Source: Candidatus Bathyarchaeota archaeon (GTDB taxonomy: Archaea; Thermoproteota; Bathyarchaeia; TCS64). From it: a stretch of 64,000 nt of DNA. Position 1 is the stretch's first letter, and each line of letters begins with the position of its first letter. The stretch is from the NCBI GenBank assembly GCA_963771885.1, contig CAVYVF010000002.1:384001-448000 (forward strand), given 5' to 3'. Positions 18,946 through 29,228 of the stretch are shown piece by piece. Below the pieces are notes generated by a model. That model was not told the origin of the DNA. It worked only from the letters and a program-made list of their open reading frames with translations, and made no database searches. The position numbers and the translations under genes were made by a program.

Positions 18946-19119
18946 ATGACAGTGTACTTTGACAAGAGGAAGCCGGGTAGCGAGCCGAGGGAGCGTCCCC
19001 GCGAGGTGACGAAGGTAACGTGTTCGGATTGTGGAAAGGTCTGCGAGGTGCCATTCAAGCCCTCGGCCGGTCGACCGGTCTACTGCAGAGACTGCTTCTC
19101 TAAGCATAGGACAGCCTAG
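18946..19119 (+). CDS. CxxC-x17-CxxC domain small zinc-binding protein (57 aa, absent from the ORF track)
   Basis: MTVYFDKRKPGSEPRERPREVTKVTCSDCGKVCEVPFKPSAGRPVYCRDCFSKHRTA. Confidence 0.92.
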   Translation: MTVYFDKRKPGSEPRERPREVTKVTCSDCGKVCEVPFKPSAGRPVYCRDCFSKHRTA

Positions 19120-19180
19120 AGACACTCTAATACAGGTTAGGTGAGTATAGGCTCACCATTCTCAAAGGGAAGATCTTCAA

Positions 19181-19579
19181 CTATTCGGTCTTCTCCACCC
19201 AGTCGTCGAGCGACTCTATGGTCTTCAAGCTGAGTATGCCCATCAGTTGCCCTATCTTTCTTCTAAGGTCGACTTGGACGCGGACCCCCTCGGCTGCGAG
19301 TAGTGATGTAATCCGTTTAGCTAGTTTTATTCCCGTCTCGTCAAAGTCGGTCAAAACTAGCACGCATCGCGTCTTCTCCGAGAGGTGGAACGCAACGTCG
19401 TGTTCCACATGTCCCACGTGGGAGAAGACGTCGATAGGCGTCTCCACGCCGATGGCTCTTAGGGCGTCTACGTCCCGAGTTCCCTCAACGAGTATGAAAT
19501 CTATCCCATAGTGTCCACCAGTCAGGACCGCCTTCAGCTCGTCAAATGCCTCTCTCTGCCTCTCGCCCCGGCTGGTCAT
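19181..19579 (-). CDS. Small TOPRIM domain protein
   Basis: ILVEGTRD, LVLTDFDETG. Confidence 0.88.
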   Translation of the reverse strand: MTSRGERQREAFDELKAVLTGGHYGIDFILVEGTRDVDALRAIGVETPIDVFSHVGHVEHDVAFHLSEKTRCVLVLTDFDETGIKLAKRITSLLAAEGVRVQVDLRRKIGQLMGILSLKTIESLDDWVEKTE

Positions 19580-19583
19580 CTCT

Positions 19584-20963
19584 CTACTTCCCGGCTACGA
19601 GTATGATGGCGAGGTCGTTCACGTTCGTCCCCGTCGGCCCTGTGAGGATTAGGTCGCCAGTCCTCTCGAAGAGATGGTACGCGTCGTTCGAGCGGAGCGT
19701 TTTGTCGATTGACAGGTTCAGTCCGTCTATCCTCCCCGAGGTGGCGCCGTCCACGATCGCACCCGCAGAATCCGTGGGGCCGTCGAGGCCATCTGTGGCG
19801 AGTGAGGCGACGAGGCACGGCGTCCTTGCTATCCTCTTCGCCGCGCCGAGCGCCACCTCCTGGTTGCGCCCGCCCTTCCCTGAGCCCTTAACGTCCACGG
19901 TCGTCTCGCCGCCGACGATGATCGCGGCGGGGGCACCGATCGGTCTGCCCTTGCCCGCGATCTCCCGGGCTATCCCCGCGTAGACGCCACCGACGTGTCT
20001 CGCCTCGCCCTCGATCATCGTGGACAAAACCATCGAGTTGTACCCTAGCTCCGTTGCCTTCTTCGCCGCTGCCTCGGCTGCGTATGAGTTGTTGGCGACG
20101 AGGACGTTTTGGGTCTTCGTGAAAACGGGATCATCGGCCTTCGGAGTATCGGGTATCTCCCCGGCGAGCCCACTCTCGATGCGCCTCCTTATGGCTTCAG
20201 GGGCATCCTCCCACGAGTCGTACCTCACGAGGACGTCCTTTGCGTCGGCCCACGTCGTCGAGTCAGGGGCCGTTGGCCCAGAGGCTATCGTGTCGAGTGG
20301 GTCGCCGATTACGTCGGATAGGATCAGGCTCAACACCTCAGCTGGCTGGCAGCGCTTCGCGAGTTGCCCTCCCTTGAAAGAGTCGAGGTGCTTGCGGACA
20401 GCGTTGAGGTCGTTTATAGTTGCACCCCTCTTCAGTAGCTTGCCCGTTACGGCTTGGAGATCGTCCAACGCCATCCCCGCGGCTGGGCTCGGCATCAACG
20501 CGGAGCCACCGCCGGATATGATCACTATAACAAGGTCCATTCTCGTCAACCCAGTAACCATGGAGATCATCTCATCGACGCCACGGGCACCAGCCTCGTC
20601 TGGCACGGGGTGGGATGCGCCCACGAATTTGACCTGTGGGGCATGGTACTTGTCCTCGGTGCCTTTCAGGATGTTCACGACGCCGCAGGTCAGCCTGTCC
20701 TCGAGTAGATGTTTGACCGCCTCAGCCATGGGGCCGCCCGCCTTCCCGCCGCCTACGAGGAAGACCCGCTTGAAACGTTTTAGATCATAGGTCTTCCCCG
20801 GGACGCTGAGTTTACCGCTCTCTACGTTTACCTTGTCATAGATGGCCTGCTTTGGGTCGACCGCATCAAGCGCCGAGGCCAAGATATCTAGGGCGTCTCT
20901 GCGCAGCTTTACGTAGACGCCAGCGCCATTAGCTATAATTCGGTCTCCGTTGAGAAACCTCAA
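19584..20963 (-). CDS. Glycerate 2-kinase (MOFRL family)
   Basis: GGGKA, ASHPVPD, ISGGGSAL, SDVIGD, GGETTV, GGRNQE, TGPTGTNVND. Confidence 0.93.
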   Translation of the reverse strand: MRFLNGDRIIANGAGVYVKLRRDALDILASALDAVDPKQAIYDKVNVESGKLSVPGKTYDLKRFKRVFLVGGGKAGGPMAEAVKHLLEDRLTCGVVNILKGTEDKYHAPQVKFVGASHPVPDEAGARGVDEMISMVTGLTRMDLVIVIISGGGSALMPSPAAGMALDDLQAVTGKLLKRGATINDLNAVRKHLDSFKGGQLAKRCQPAEVLSLILSDVIGDPLDTIASGPTAPDSTTWADAKDVLVRYDSWEDAPEAIRRRIESGLAGEIPDTPKADDPVFTKTQNVLVANNSYAAEAAAKKATELGYNSMVLSTMIEGEARHVGGVYAGIAREIAGKGRPIGAPAAIIVGGETTVDVKGSGKGGRNQEVALGAAKRIARTPCLVASLATDGLDGPTDSAGAIVDGATSGRIDGLNLSIDKTLRSNDAYHLFERTGDLILTGPTGTNVNDLAIILVAGK

Positions 20964-21018
20964 CCCAGTACCACCTAGGGTAGAGGTGTGCGGATCACGT
21001 AAAAAAGAGTTGGAGGGC

Positions 21019-23230
21019 TTACTCCCTCACGAGGAACTCGGCCGCTGTCGGCGGCTCTGGCGCCATGCCCTTCCTAGTGCGTATCTTCTTCACCACCTCC
21101 AATCAGGAGGCTGTCGGGCACGTTGGCCCAGTGGTCGAAGGTGCTCTGCCAGAAGGCGGAGCCGCTCGTCGCGGCGCGCATCTCTGCGCTGAAGCCGATC
21201 GTCTCACTTACTGGCACGAAGCCCGTGACGACGGCGACGGCACCCTGCTGGTCCATGTCGTGGACCCTGCCCCTCTTCCTGCTTAGAAGGCCCGTGACGT
21301 TGCCCAGCCACTGAGCTGGAACACGGACCTGTATCTTGTAGATGGGCTCAAGGAGCGTCGGGCGCGCGGAGAGCATGCCGGCGTACATTGCGCCCCTGAC
21401 GGCGGGCATCATCTGCGCCGGACCCCTGTGGACGGGGTCCTCGTGGAGCGCTACGTCCACCATGTCGACCATAATACCGCGGACAATCTCACCTGCGAGT
21501 GGACCCTGCTGGAGCGCCCAGCTGAAGCCTCCCGAGATGTGCTCCTTGACCTCACGTATGCCCTGGATGCCGACGGTGCTGTCGACCATCATGTTGGCGT
21601 TCTCGTTGATGGCGAAGACCTGGCGCGCCTGCTTCTGGGTCCAGCCAGCCTTCTCGACGAGGATCTCTTCCATCTTCCTCTGGCTGGTGATGACGCTGAT
21701 CTCGCCGTTGCGGATGAGCTCGATTATCGTCGGGTCGAGCGGGGCGAAGTTGAAGTAGACCCTGTTGTGCTTGTTGGGGCTCTTACCCATGTACGGGCCG
21801 ACGCTGTCGCGGATCGCTTCACGGTATACGACTGTAGGTTCACTTTCCGTGACGTCGAGGTTGTACTCCCTCTTCAAGTCCTTGAGAGCGATCTCTAGGT
21901 GGAGCTCACCCATTCCCGCGAGGAGGTACTCACCAGTTTCTTGGTTGATAGTTGTGACTAGGTTGGGGTCTTGTATACTCATCTTCTGCATTGCGTCGAT
22001 GAGACGTGGTAGGTCGGTCGGCTTCTTAGGCTCGACGGCGATGGTTAGGACGGGGTCTGATGCGTACTTTATCGACTCGAAACCGATTGCGCCCTCCTTT
22101 ATGGATGGCTCGACTAGAGTCTCGCCTGCCCTGCCCTCACCTATACCGAGCAGAGCACAGATGTTACCCGCAGGGATCTCTTCGACGATCTCCCTGAACT
22201 GACCCATGTAGATGCTGACCTGTTGCGCCTTGAGGTCCTTCTTGGCACTTACGAGGTGGAAGTCCTGGCCCCTCCGTAGGGTACCGCTGAAGACACGCCC
22301 CGTACTAACGACACCTGCCTGTGGGTCGATAATGATGTTAGTAATGCATACTACTGTAGGGCCCTTGGGGTCGATCGCGTACATCGCCTTTCCCATCGGG
22401 CTCTCAGGGTCTCCCTTCCAGATCGTCCTGAGCCTGCGTGGTTGGGAGACGATTGGGTTAGGGAGGTGCTGCGTGACCATGCTGAGCATGGCCTCAGCGA
22501 GCGGGAGCTTTTCCTGAATCTCGGCGAGCTTACCGTCCTTATACATCTGGACTAGCTGCTTGAAAGTGATACCTTTCTTCTGCAGCATCGGGAGCGTGAA
22601 GCCCCAGCGATCGAGCGCGGATCCGAAGCAGACCTGGCCGACACCAGCGTTTACGGTCCACTCGTTCTTCAACTCGTCGGAAGCGAACGTCTGGACGATA
22701 GTGTTGAACTGGCCGATGATGCGCAGGATCTTAGCCTGCGCCATCTCGGCGTCCATCTTGAGCTCCTTGATAAGTCTGTCGAACTTGTTGATGTAGAGGA
22801 CCGGCCTGACTGCCTCGTCGAGGGCGAGCCTGAGGCGTACCTCGGTCATGATCTGGAACTCCTCGACGGCGTCAACAAGAAGGATGCAGCCGTCGAGCGC
22901 CCTCATGGCGCGCGTAACCTTACCACTGAAGTCGACGTGCCCGGGAGTATCGATCAGGTTAATGACGTAAGGTTGGCCTTTCTCGTCCTCATAGAGTAGG
23001 CTGATGTTCGCAGTCTTGATTGTAATACCCCTCGCCTGCTCCTCCTCTAGGTAGTCTAGGGCACGTGCCTCACCCGCACGGTCGGGCGACATGAGACCAG
23101 CCGCCGCGAGGAGGCTGTCACTCATCGTCGTCTTGCCGTGGTCAATGTGCGCGATAATACCAATATTCCTGATATGCTCCTTGTCGAGCATGAGACTCAG
23201 GATGTCGCCGGTCTGCTTGTAGCGTACCAT
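21019..23230 (-). CDS. fusA: Translation elongation factor 2 (1-nt frameshift near 21101)
   Basis: AHIDHGKTT, RGITI, DTPGHVDF, NKFD, diphthamide loop HEDPVHRGPAQ; shifted C-terminus EVVKKIRTRKGMAPEPPTAAEFLVRE ends at 21019. Confidence 0.96.
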
Positions 23231-23594
23231 GGATCGTCAAATCCCTTTTAACGAATTGTCTATAGACTAAAAATAGGCTCTTTTAAACCTATTTATCGGA
23301 TGGGCCAAATAATGATTAAACAACCCTCGAACTGGGGAGGAAAGAAAAATGGTAATATTACAATCAATACATGGGATAAGTATCGATAGGAGCCAAAATG
23401 AGCGCTCTGTGAGCTCCATTTCGCCAAGAAGTATTTCAAATCAACCGAGATTGCCAGTGAAAAGCATCGTTTACCGTGCAAATGACTACCGTATCCAGTA
23501 TATACTATAAGTTGTAGGGTGAGAAAAGTGTTATATTATCGTCAGGAGAACCGATCAACTCGATTATATTCTTTCAAAAAATGTGGTGGGCGCC

Positions 23595-24650
23595 TTATTC
23601 TTCATCCGCCGCAACGTCTTCGATGTGGCAGATCGCATTTTTCCCACGTAGAATGTTGTCGATCGATATCTCCGCGATCGCGGCGCTGTGTTCGGCGATT
23701 ATTTTGAACTCCCACGCGATCATATTGAATCGGGACGTCAACTGGGAATTGGTCGAGTGGAACTCATTAAGGAGCTTCTCCTCCTCGATCTGTACCGCCT
23801 CATAGAGGTCGACGGCGTCGCTAGCGACTTTGATGTCCTTTTCAACTATGCTTTTCATCGCCTTATCAAACATCGTGAAGCTCACTAGCGCCATCTGGCC
23901 TAGCCTCTCAATTAACTCGTTGTCCGAGTCCTTATTGTGATCCTCAAGCTTGAGGATGTTATTGCAGACCGAGTTGAGTCTATCCCCGATCATCTCAAGG
24001 TACCAGGCGATGAGATTGTACTCGGCGATCTCCATGGGGTCGGTGATGCCAATCGCCTCCGAGACGACGCGATTCTGCTGCGCCGAGGCGAGCAAGCGGG
24101 ATAGTAGCCAATAGATGGTGTCGGCCTCGTATTCTCGGGTGATTGCGTCCTTCGCGAGCTCCTGGTCCTTATCGATGAGGCTGTCTATTGCCTCCTTGAA
24201 CATGATGCTTGTGATTACATAGAGGCGCTTGACGACTGTTTCGAGAGGGAAGTTCTTGGGGTCAATGCTGCACTGGAGGAGGAGATGCTTGTCGCTCTCC
24301 TCGATGATGCCTATACCTAGTAGGCGCTGGGTGACTACGCGGATGCTCTCTATCTGTTCCCTCATGAGGCGGCGGTTCGACTCGACCCTGATCATGTTCC
24401 TACCGAGGACGTAGTTGCCTACGATGACTCTAGCGAGGATGGTTGTGTTGTCGCACTCATCTACGTTGACGACGTAGACGCTCGTGTCCTCCGCCTTACT
24501 GGGCTCCGGAGCAATACGAAGAGCGCCGTCGTTCTCCTCGCTGAGGAAGACGATGTCGCCTTTCTTCACATTCATTTTCTTAGCCCAGTTCATGGGTATG
24601 CTGACCGAGAGCGTCGAGTAACCGACTTTCTGTATCCTTCTGGGCTCCAT
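23595..24650 (-). CDS. phoU: Archaeal phosphate uptake regulator (AbrB-like N-terminus + PhoU repeats)
   Basis: RRIQKVGYSTLSVSIPMNW; EYEAD and LEMIGD PhoU-type motifs. Confidence 0.88.
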   Translation of the reverse strand: MEPRRIQKVGYSTLSVSIPMNWAKKMNVKKGDIVFLSEENDGALRIAPEPSKAEDTSVYVVNVDECDNTTILARVIVGNYVLGRNMIRVESNRRLMREQIESIRVVTQRLLGIGIIEESDKHLLLQCSIDPKNFPLETVVKRLYVITSIMFKEAIDSLIDKDQELAKDAITREYEADTIYWLLSRLLASAQQNRVVSEAIGITDPMEIAEYNLIAWYLEMIGDRLNSVCNNILKLEDHNKDSDNELIERLGQMALVSFTMFDKAMKSIVEKDIKVASDAVDLYEAVQIEEEKLLNEFHSTNSQLTSRFNMIAWEFKIIAEHSAAIAEISIDNILRGKNAICHIEDVAADEE

Positions 24651-24664
24651 GTTGAACTTCCTTA

Positions 24665-24716
24665 CAGTAATTATTGATACCCGCTGATATCGATTCTACT
24701 CGAACCAGTAATTATT
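24665..24716. repeat. 11-bp direct repeat CAGTAATTATT (24665-24675, 24706-24716) upstream of phoU
   Basis: Two exact copies; the second overlaps a minus-strand TTTAAATA TATA-like box. Confidence 0.6.
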
Positions 24717-24743
24717 TAAACATTTTGAAAATGACTATAAGCA

Positions 24744-25541
24744 TTAGCCGATTAATATAATTCCGCTCATTACTTTTGGGAAGGGAGGCATAAAGAATCG
24801 TGCGTATAACGCGAGGACGAGGACAGCGATAACGAGGGTGAGCGCTAGATAGTCCGACCTAGTCATCTTCAGCTCGTATAGGTTCGTGCGGTTCTTTGTT
24901 GCGCCAAAGGCGCGAGACTCCATCGCTTCGGCCAGCTCCAGACTCCTCCGAATCGAGTTGATAATCAGGGGTAGAAGAATCGGTATGTACTTCCTGATCC
25001 TCGATAAGAACCCACCCTTATCAAGCTCAAGACCCCTCGATCTCTGCGCATCCATGATTGTCTGCGCCTCGTCGGCGAGCACAGGCACGAATCTTATTGC
25101 CGTGATGAAGGCGAAGTTGAACTCATAGGGTACTCGGGTTTTCTCAAGAGCGAGGCTCAAGCTGTCGGGGGACGTGGTTAGGAAGAAGAGGCTGAAGCTC
25201 GTGATGAGCGAGAGGAATCGTAGTGTCAGGCTAAGGCTGTACTCGACCACGTCACTCTTGAGCGTCATGCCCTGGAAGAAGTAGAAGCTGAGGAGGTTCG
25301 TGGCGAAGATTATCAGGGCTAGGAACGCACCACCTCTCAGCGACTTGAGCCACTCCCGCCAAATCTTACCGTATATGACGAGGGGTATCTGTAGAATGAA
25401 GACGATGGAGAGAGGGATCAGGTCAAGAAATAGCACCGCTAATGTGAAGATCACCATCGTCATCAAGAACTTCACCCTCGGGTCCATCTTATGCAAGGGG
25501 GAGTCTCCCTTCGTGAATCGTAAGCCCTCGAGCAGACTCAT
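24744..25541 (-). CDS. ecfT: ECF transporter transmembrane T component
   Basis: SPLHKMDPRVK, RFVP, AQRSRG, AEAMESRAF. Confidence 0.92.
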   Translation of the reverse strand: MSLLEGLRFTKGDSPLHKMDPRVKFLMTMVIFTLAVLFLDLIPLSIVFILQIPLVIYGKIWREWLKSLRGGAFLALIIFATNLLSFYFFQGMTLKSDVVEYSLSLTLRFLSLITSFSLFFLTTSPDSLSLALEKTRVPYEFNFAFITAIRFVPVLADEAQTIMDAQRSRGLELDKGGFLSRIRKYIPILLPLIINSIRRSLELAEAMESRAFGATKNRTNLYELKMTRSDYLALTLVIAVLVLALYARFFMPPFPKVMSGIILIG

Positions 25542-27271
25542 TTGGTGTCCCTCTTCATTTTGCGGATTATGAGGTCCAGCGCCTCATCGACGCCCAGCAC
25601 GTCCTCTGGGAACCCGTAGTTGGACAGCTTCGAGAACAACTTCGTTACTTCGGGTGGCGCGACTGAACACGCCTTAAGTTTCTTCGCGTCAGTCATTATC
25701 TTCTTTGCGGAGCCGTCGGCGACTATTTTGCCCTGCGCCATGAGAACTATACGTGGCTGGCTCTCTGCAACGAACTCGACGTCGTGGGTGACTATCACGA
25801 CGGTTTTGCCTTGTGTCCTGAGTTGGAGGAGGAAGTGCTTGAGGCGCTCCTTCTGCCCGTAGTCCTGCCCCACTGTTGGCTCGTCGAGTATGAGGACGTC
25901 GGGGTCCCAAGCGAGGACCGATGCTAGGGCAACGCGCTTCCTCTCCCCCCCACTTAGTATGAAAGGGCTCGACTTCTTGTACCGCTCTATGTCGAGGAGG
26001 TTGAGTGCCCAGTTCACCCTCTCCTCGATGATCTTTTCGGCGTAACCGAAGTTCCTTAGGGCGAAGCTGATTTCCTCCTCAACGTCCTCGGCGAAGAGCT
26101 GGTCGTCGGGGTTCTGGAAGACTAGTCCGACCTTCCTCGCCATAGCGGCGACGCTCTTCTTAGCGATGTCCTCGCCGTCGACAATGACCTGTCCCATCTT
26201 CGGCCTGAGGAGACCATTGAAGTGCTTGACCATCGTCGTCTTCCCGGCGCCGTTCTCGCCCATTATGGCGACGTATTCCCCACTGTTTATGTCGAGATTT
26301 ACACCCCTGAGCGCTTCGACTCCCGTATAATAGGTATAGGTGATGCCCCGGAGCGTGATTATTGATGAGTGGCTGTACTCGCCCACGACGTCGCTCAGGT
26401 CCATGGGAATAAGTTTTGCTTGCGCCTTCCCCTCGGCAAGCTGCGGCGCTAGGCTCTTAAATGCCTCGTCTGAGTCGAGAGGTATGTCGATTTCTACCCC
26501 GTTCTGGCGGAGCTTCCTCCCCAATTCCACCATGCGGGGTATACCGACGCCGATAAGCCGCGTCTCGTCAGAAGTGAATATCTTCCTCGGGGAACCGTCG
26601 TTGACAACCTGGCCTTTGTTGAAGACCACGATGCGGTTGCAGTACTTTACGGCGAGGTCCATCCTGTGCTCGATGAGGATGATTGTAATGCCCTGCTCCT
26701 TGTTGAGGGTGCGGAGAATGTTGAATATCCTCTCGGCGCCCACAGGGTCGAGATAAGCGGTGGGCTCGTCCATCACGATTATGCCGGGATGCATAGCGAG
26801 GACCGAGGCGATGGTGAGACGTTGCTTCTGCCCCCCGGAGAGCTCGTGTGTACCTCTCTCGCGTAGCGGCATGATCCCTACACGGTCCATCGCCCACCCT
26901 ATCTCCTCCCGCATCTTGTCCCGACCGATCCCGAGGTTCTCCAAGCCAAAGGCTACGTCCTTCTCAACCGTCAGCGAGAAGATCTGGTTGTCGGGATTCT
27001 GGAAGATGAGGCCGACGCGCTTCGCCAGCTCATACGTCGGCTGGGATCCCGTGTGGAGCCCATCGACGCTTATCTCTCCCTTCATCTCGCCGTTGTAAAA
27101 GTGGGGGATCAAACCGTTCAGGCAGCGGCAGAAGGTCGTCTTCCCACAGCCACTTGGTCCGGTGAGGAGGACGAACTCACCGGAATCGATCTTTAAGTTG
27201 ATGTCACGGAGAGCCGGTTCATTGACGTTGGGGTAAGTGTACGTGAGACCGCGAACATCTATTGTGCCCAA
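25538..27271 (-). CDS. ECF transporter fused double ATPase
   Basis: Two ABC domains: GPSGCGKTT/FQNPDNQ/LSGGQKQ and GENGAGKTT/FQNPDDQ/LSGGERK. Confidence 0.93.
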   Translation of the reverse strand: MGTIDVRGLTYTYPNVNEPALRDINLKIDSGEFVLLTGPSGCGKTTFCRCLNGLIPHFYNGEMKGEISVDGLHTGSQPTYELAKRVGLIFQNPDNQIFSLTVEKDVAFGLENLGIGRDKMREEIGWAMDRVGIMPLRERGTHELSGGQKQRLTIASVLAMHPGIIVMDEPTAYLDPVGAERIFNILRTLNKEQGITIILIEHRMDLAVKYCNRIVVFNKGQVVNDGSPRKIFTSDETRLIGVGIPRMVELGRKLRQNGVEIDIPLDSDEAFKSLAPQLAEGKAQAKLIPMDLSDVVGEYSHSSIITLRGITYTYYTGVEALRGVNLDINSGEYVAIMGENGAGKTTMVKHFNGLLRPKMGQVIVDGEDIAKKSVAAMARKVGLVFQNPDDQLFAEDVEEEISFALRNFGYAEKIIEERVNWALNLLDIERYKKSSPFILSGGERKRVALASVLAWDPDVLILDEPTVGQDYGQKERLKHFLLQLRTQGKTVVIVTHDVEFVAESQPRIVLMAQGKIVADGSAKKIMTDAKKLKACSVAPPEVTKLFSKLSNYGFPEDVLGVDEALDLIIRKMKRDTK

Positions 27272-27326
27272 GGTAGCCCTCCGAGCATTTCTCTCATATC
27301 CGACCCCTAAAATATAATAGTTTCAT

Positions 27327-28340
27327 CTATAATACCTGGGCAGACTTCCCGATCTTTTCGGATAGATAGTCTACTGCTCTCATGAGGAACTCGTCAGCGT
27401 CGCCTACGCCGTTCGCACCCGCTGCAGTCGGGTGACCGCCCCCCTCACCGGCAAATAGCTCAGCGAGCGGCTTCGAGATGTCATCGCCAACATGGATTTC
27501 GGTCTTCTTGTAGAAATCATCGCTAGACCTGATGCTCGTCTTTAAAATTTTTTTGTCGTTGCCGGCGATTATCGCGATGTCAGCTCCGAGACTCATAATG
27601 CCTCTAGCGGCAGATGCCTGGAATGAGCCCAGGTTGGCTGTGGCGACAAGCCACTTATCAATACGGTAGACCTTCACCCTCTGCGCGGACTTGAGACGCG
27701 CTATTCTCTCCGACTGATCCATTGTGGCCTGCAGTATATCGCGTGCGCTGTTCAGTGATGCGCCTAGTTCGATGAGTCGAGCGACGACTCTGAACATGCG
27801 AGGCGTGCCGATTCCGAGGTGCTTCGAGTCGAAGACTATACCGACGAGTAAAGCCTCGGCGACGTCAGTAGGTGGCTCCAACCCGAGGCTCACCCAGATA
27901 TTGAACACAATCTCGCATGTGGCTACGGCATCCTCGTCCGAAACGTAGAAAGTGGCGAGTCGTTCTATCGCATGGTCTCTGCCGTGATGGTCGATAAAGA
28001 CGCGGGTCTTCGCCTCCTTGACTAGGGAGATGAGTGTCTTAAGTTGTATGAGGCTACCAGTGTCAACGACTATGACTGTCTCTGCGTCTATATGCTGCGA
28101 ACTCTTTGAGGCATTTATCGAGAAGCGCTCGATCATTTTCTCGGATAGCCGACTCGCTGTGTCGGGGTAGAGTATCTCGGTGGACGCTTCCGAGTCGAGA
28201 AATTCGATGAGGCGCTGTATTCCGTAGGCGGCCCCCATCGCGTCTGGGTCGGCGTTGTGGTGGCAGACGATAGATAGTCGTCCATGGAACATTTCCCGTA
28301 ACGCTGATGTGTCAGTAGACACGCGCCATCGCTTTTTCAA
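27327..28340 (-). CDS. DHH/DHHA1 family phosphoesterase
   Basis: HHNADPDA, VVDT, IDHH, GGGHPTAAG. Confidence 0.9.
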   Translation of the reverse strand: MKKRWRVSTDTSALREMFHGRLSIVCHHNADPDAMGAAYGIQRLIEFLDSEASTEILYPDTASRLSEKMIERFSINASKSSQHIDAETVIVVDTGSLIQLKTLISLVKEAKTRVFIDHHGRDHAIERLATFYVSDEDAVATCEIVFNIWVSLGLEPPTDVAEALLVGIVFDSKHLGIGTPRMFRVVARLIELGASLNSARDILQATMDQSERIARLKSAQRVKVYRIDKWLVATANLGSFQASAARGIMSLGADIAIIAGNDKKILKTSIRSSDDFYKKTEIHVGDDISKPLAELFAGEGGGHPTAAGANGVGDADEFLMRAVDYLSEKIGKSAQVL

Positions 28341-28940
28341 GGCGACCTCCGGGTATTAAAGGAATATAAAATCTGTGCGCTAGGCTATTTAGAAATTAAA
28401 AACCCCATAATCACCCTCCAATGAGTATAGGTTGAATGTTAAGCGCGTGCTTGACTCACTCAACCTAACGCAAATCAAAGCCAACCTAGCTAAACACCCC
28501 ATAGCATGAGGGAGAATTATACTGAAAAGAAGGCGGAGCTTCAAAGGGTAGGTCGAAGAGCGGTAAGAGGAAGCTGAGAAAGATCGGTGGACGAGAGGCG
28601 AGTTTCAAGCAGAATACGAATCATGATGCATCCATGCTCCACTGATGCCCGACTCGATTCGGCTTATGGGGCTGACCCTTAGTAGCTCGGTGGTTGGCTG
28701 GGTTAAGTGCCGGCGGCGGAAGCAGCCACAGCCGTTGGTGGGTTCGAGGACTGCGGCTGCTTGTGCGGCTTCAGCTGGCTGAGGCGGCTGCGTTGGCTCT
28801 CAAGCGGTTTATTTGGATGCGTCTTTTTTTGGAGGCTGGTGTGTCGGCTTCGTGGTTGCAAGCTTGGTCTGGGGTTTGTAGAGCTCTCTATAGGAGGCAA
28901 TGTGGAGAAGAGATAATTGTTCTACTATTCAGCTAGCTTA

Positions 28941-28980
28941 TGCCACAGCGTGCCACAGCTTGCTGCAGCGTGCCGCTGCA
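28941..28980. repeat. Degenerate 10-bp tandem repeat (4 units)
   Basis: TGCCACAGCG TGCCACAGCT TGCTGCAGCG TGCCGCTGCA. Confidence 0.6.
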
Positions 28981-29168
28981 GCCATTCAGCCGAACGAGCC
29001 GAGGGGTTGAGGCATCTGCCCTGCAATCTATGCTCCATTCAGCGACGGGTGGATGAAAATTGATTTGCTCCCTCAAACATCATGCAGTAGAATTTTCCAC
29101 CAACACAACTGTCTCAGGCGAAGAAATCCACGCACAGCCCTCCTACACGGGTGAAGCGTAAACTAAGC

Positions 29169-29226
29169 TTCCCCCGTCCAGATGGGTATAGCGTAAACTC
29201 GGCTAACACCCATCCAGACGGGGGAA
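29169..29226. repeat. 19-bp inverted repeat immediately downstream of parB
   Basis: TTCCCCCGTCCAGATGGGT-N20-ACCCATCCAGACGGGGGAA, 17 of 19 positions complementary. Confidence 0.8.
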
Positions 29227-29228
29227 AC

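Noticed and set aside
21019..23230. EF-2 as a diphthamide-less or divergent paralog
   Set aside because: The HRG diphthamide loop and GTPase motifs are intact; paralog status cannot be decided without a phylogeny
23349..23510. 53-aa ORF with an upstream GGAGG, divergent from EF-2
   Set aside because: No recognisable motif and atypical AT-rich composition; cannot be supported
28520..28900. RNase P or SRP RNA in the non-coding island
   Set aside because: Only short chance-level matches (GAGGAAGCT, GAAGCTCCGCC); the paired conserved elements are missing
29169..29227. ORB/replication origin
   Set aside because: Only partial resemblance to the ORB consensus, no AT-rich unwinding element between the arms and no cdc6/orc1 nearby
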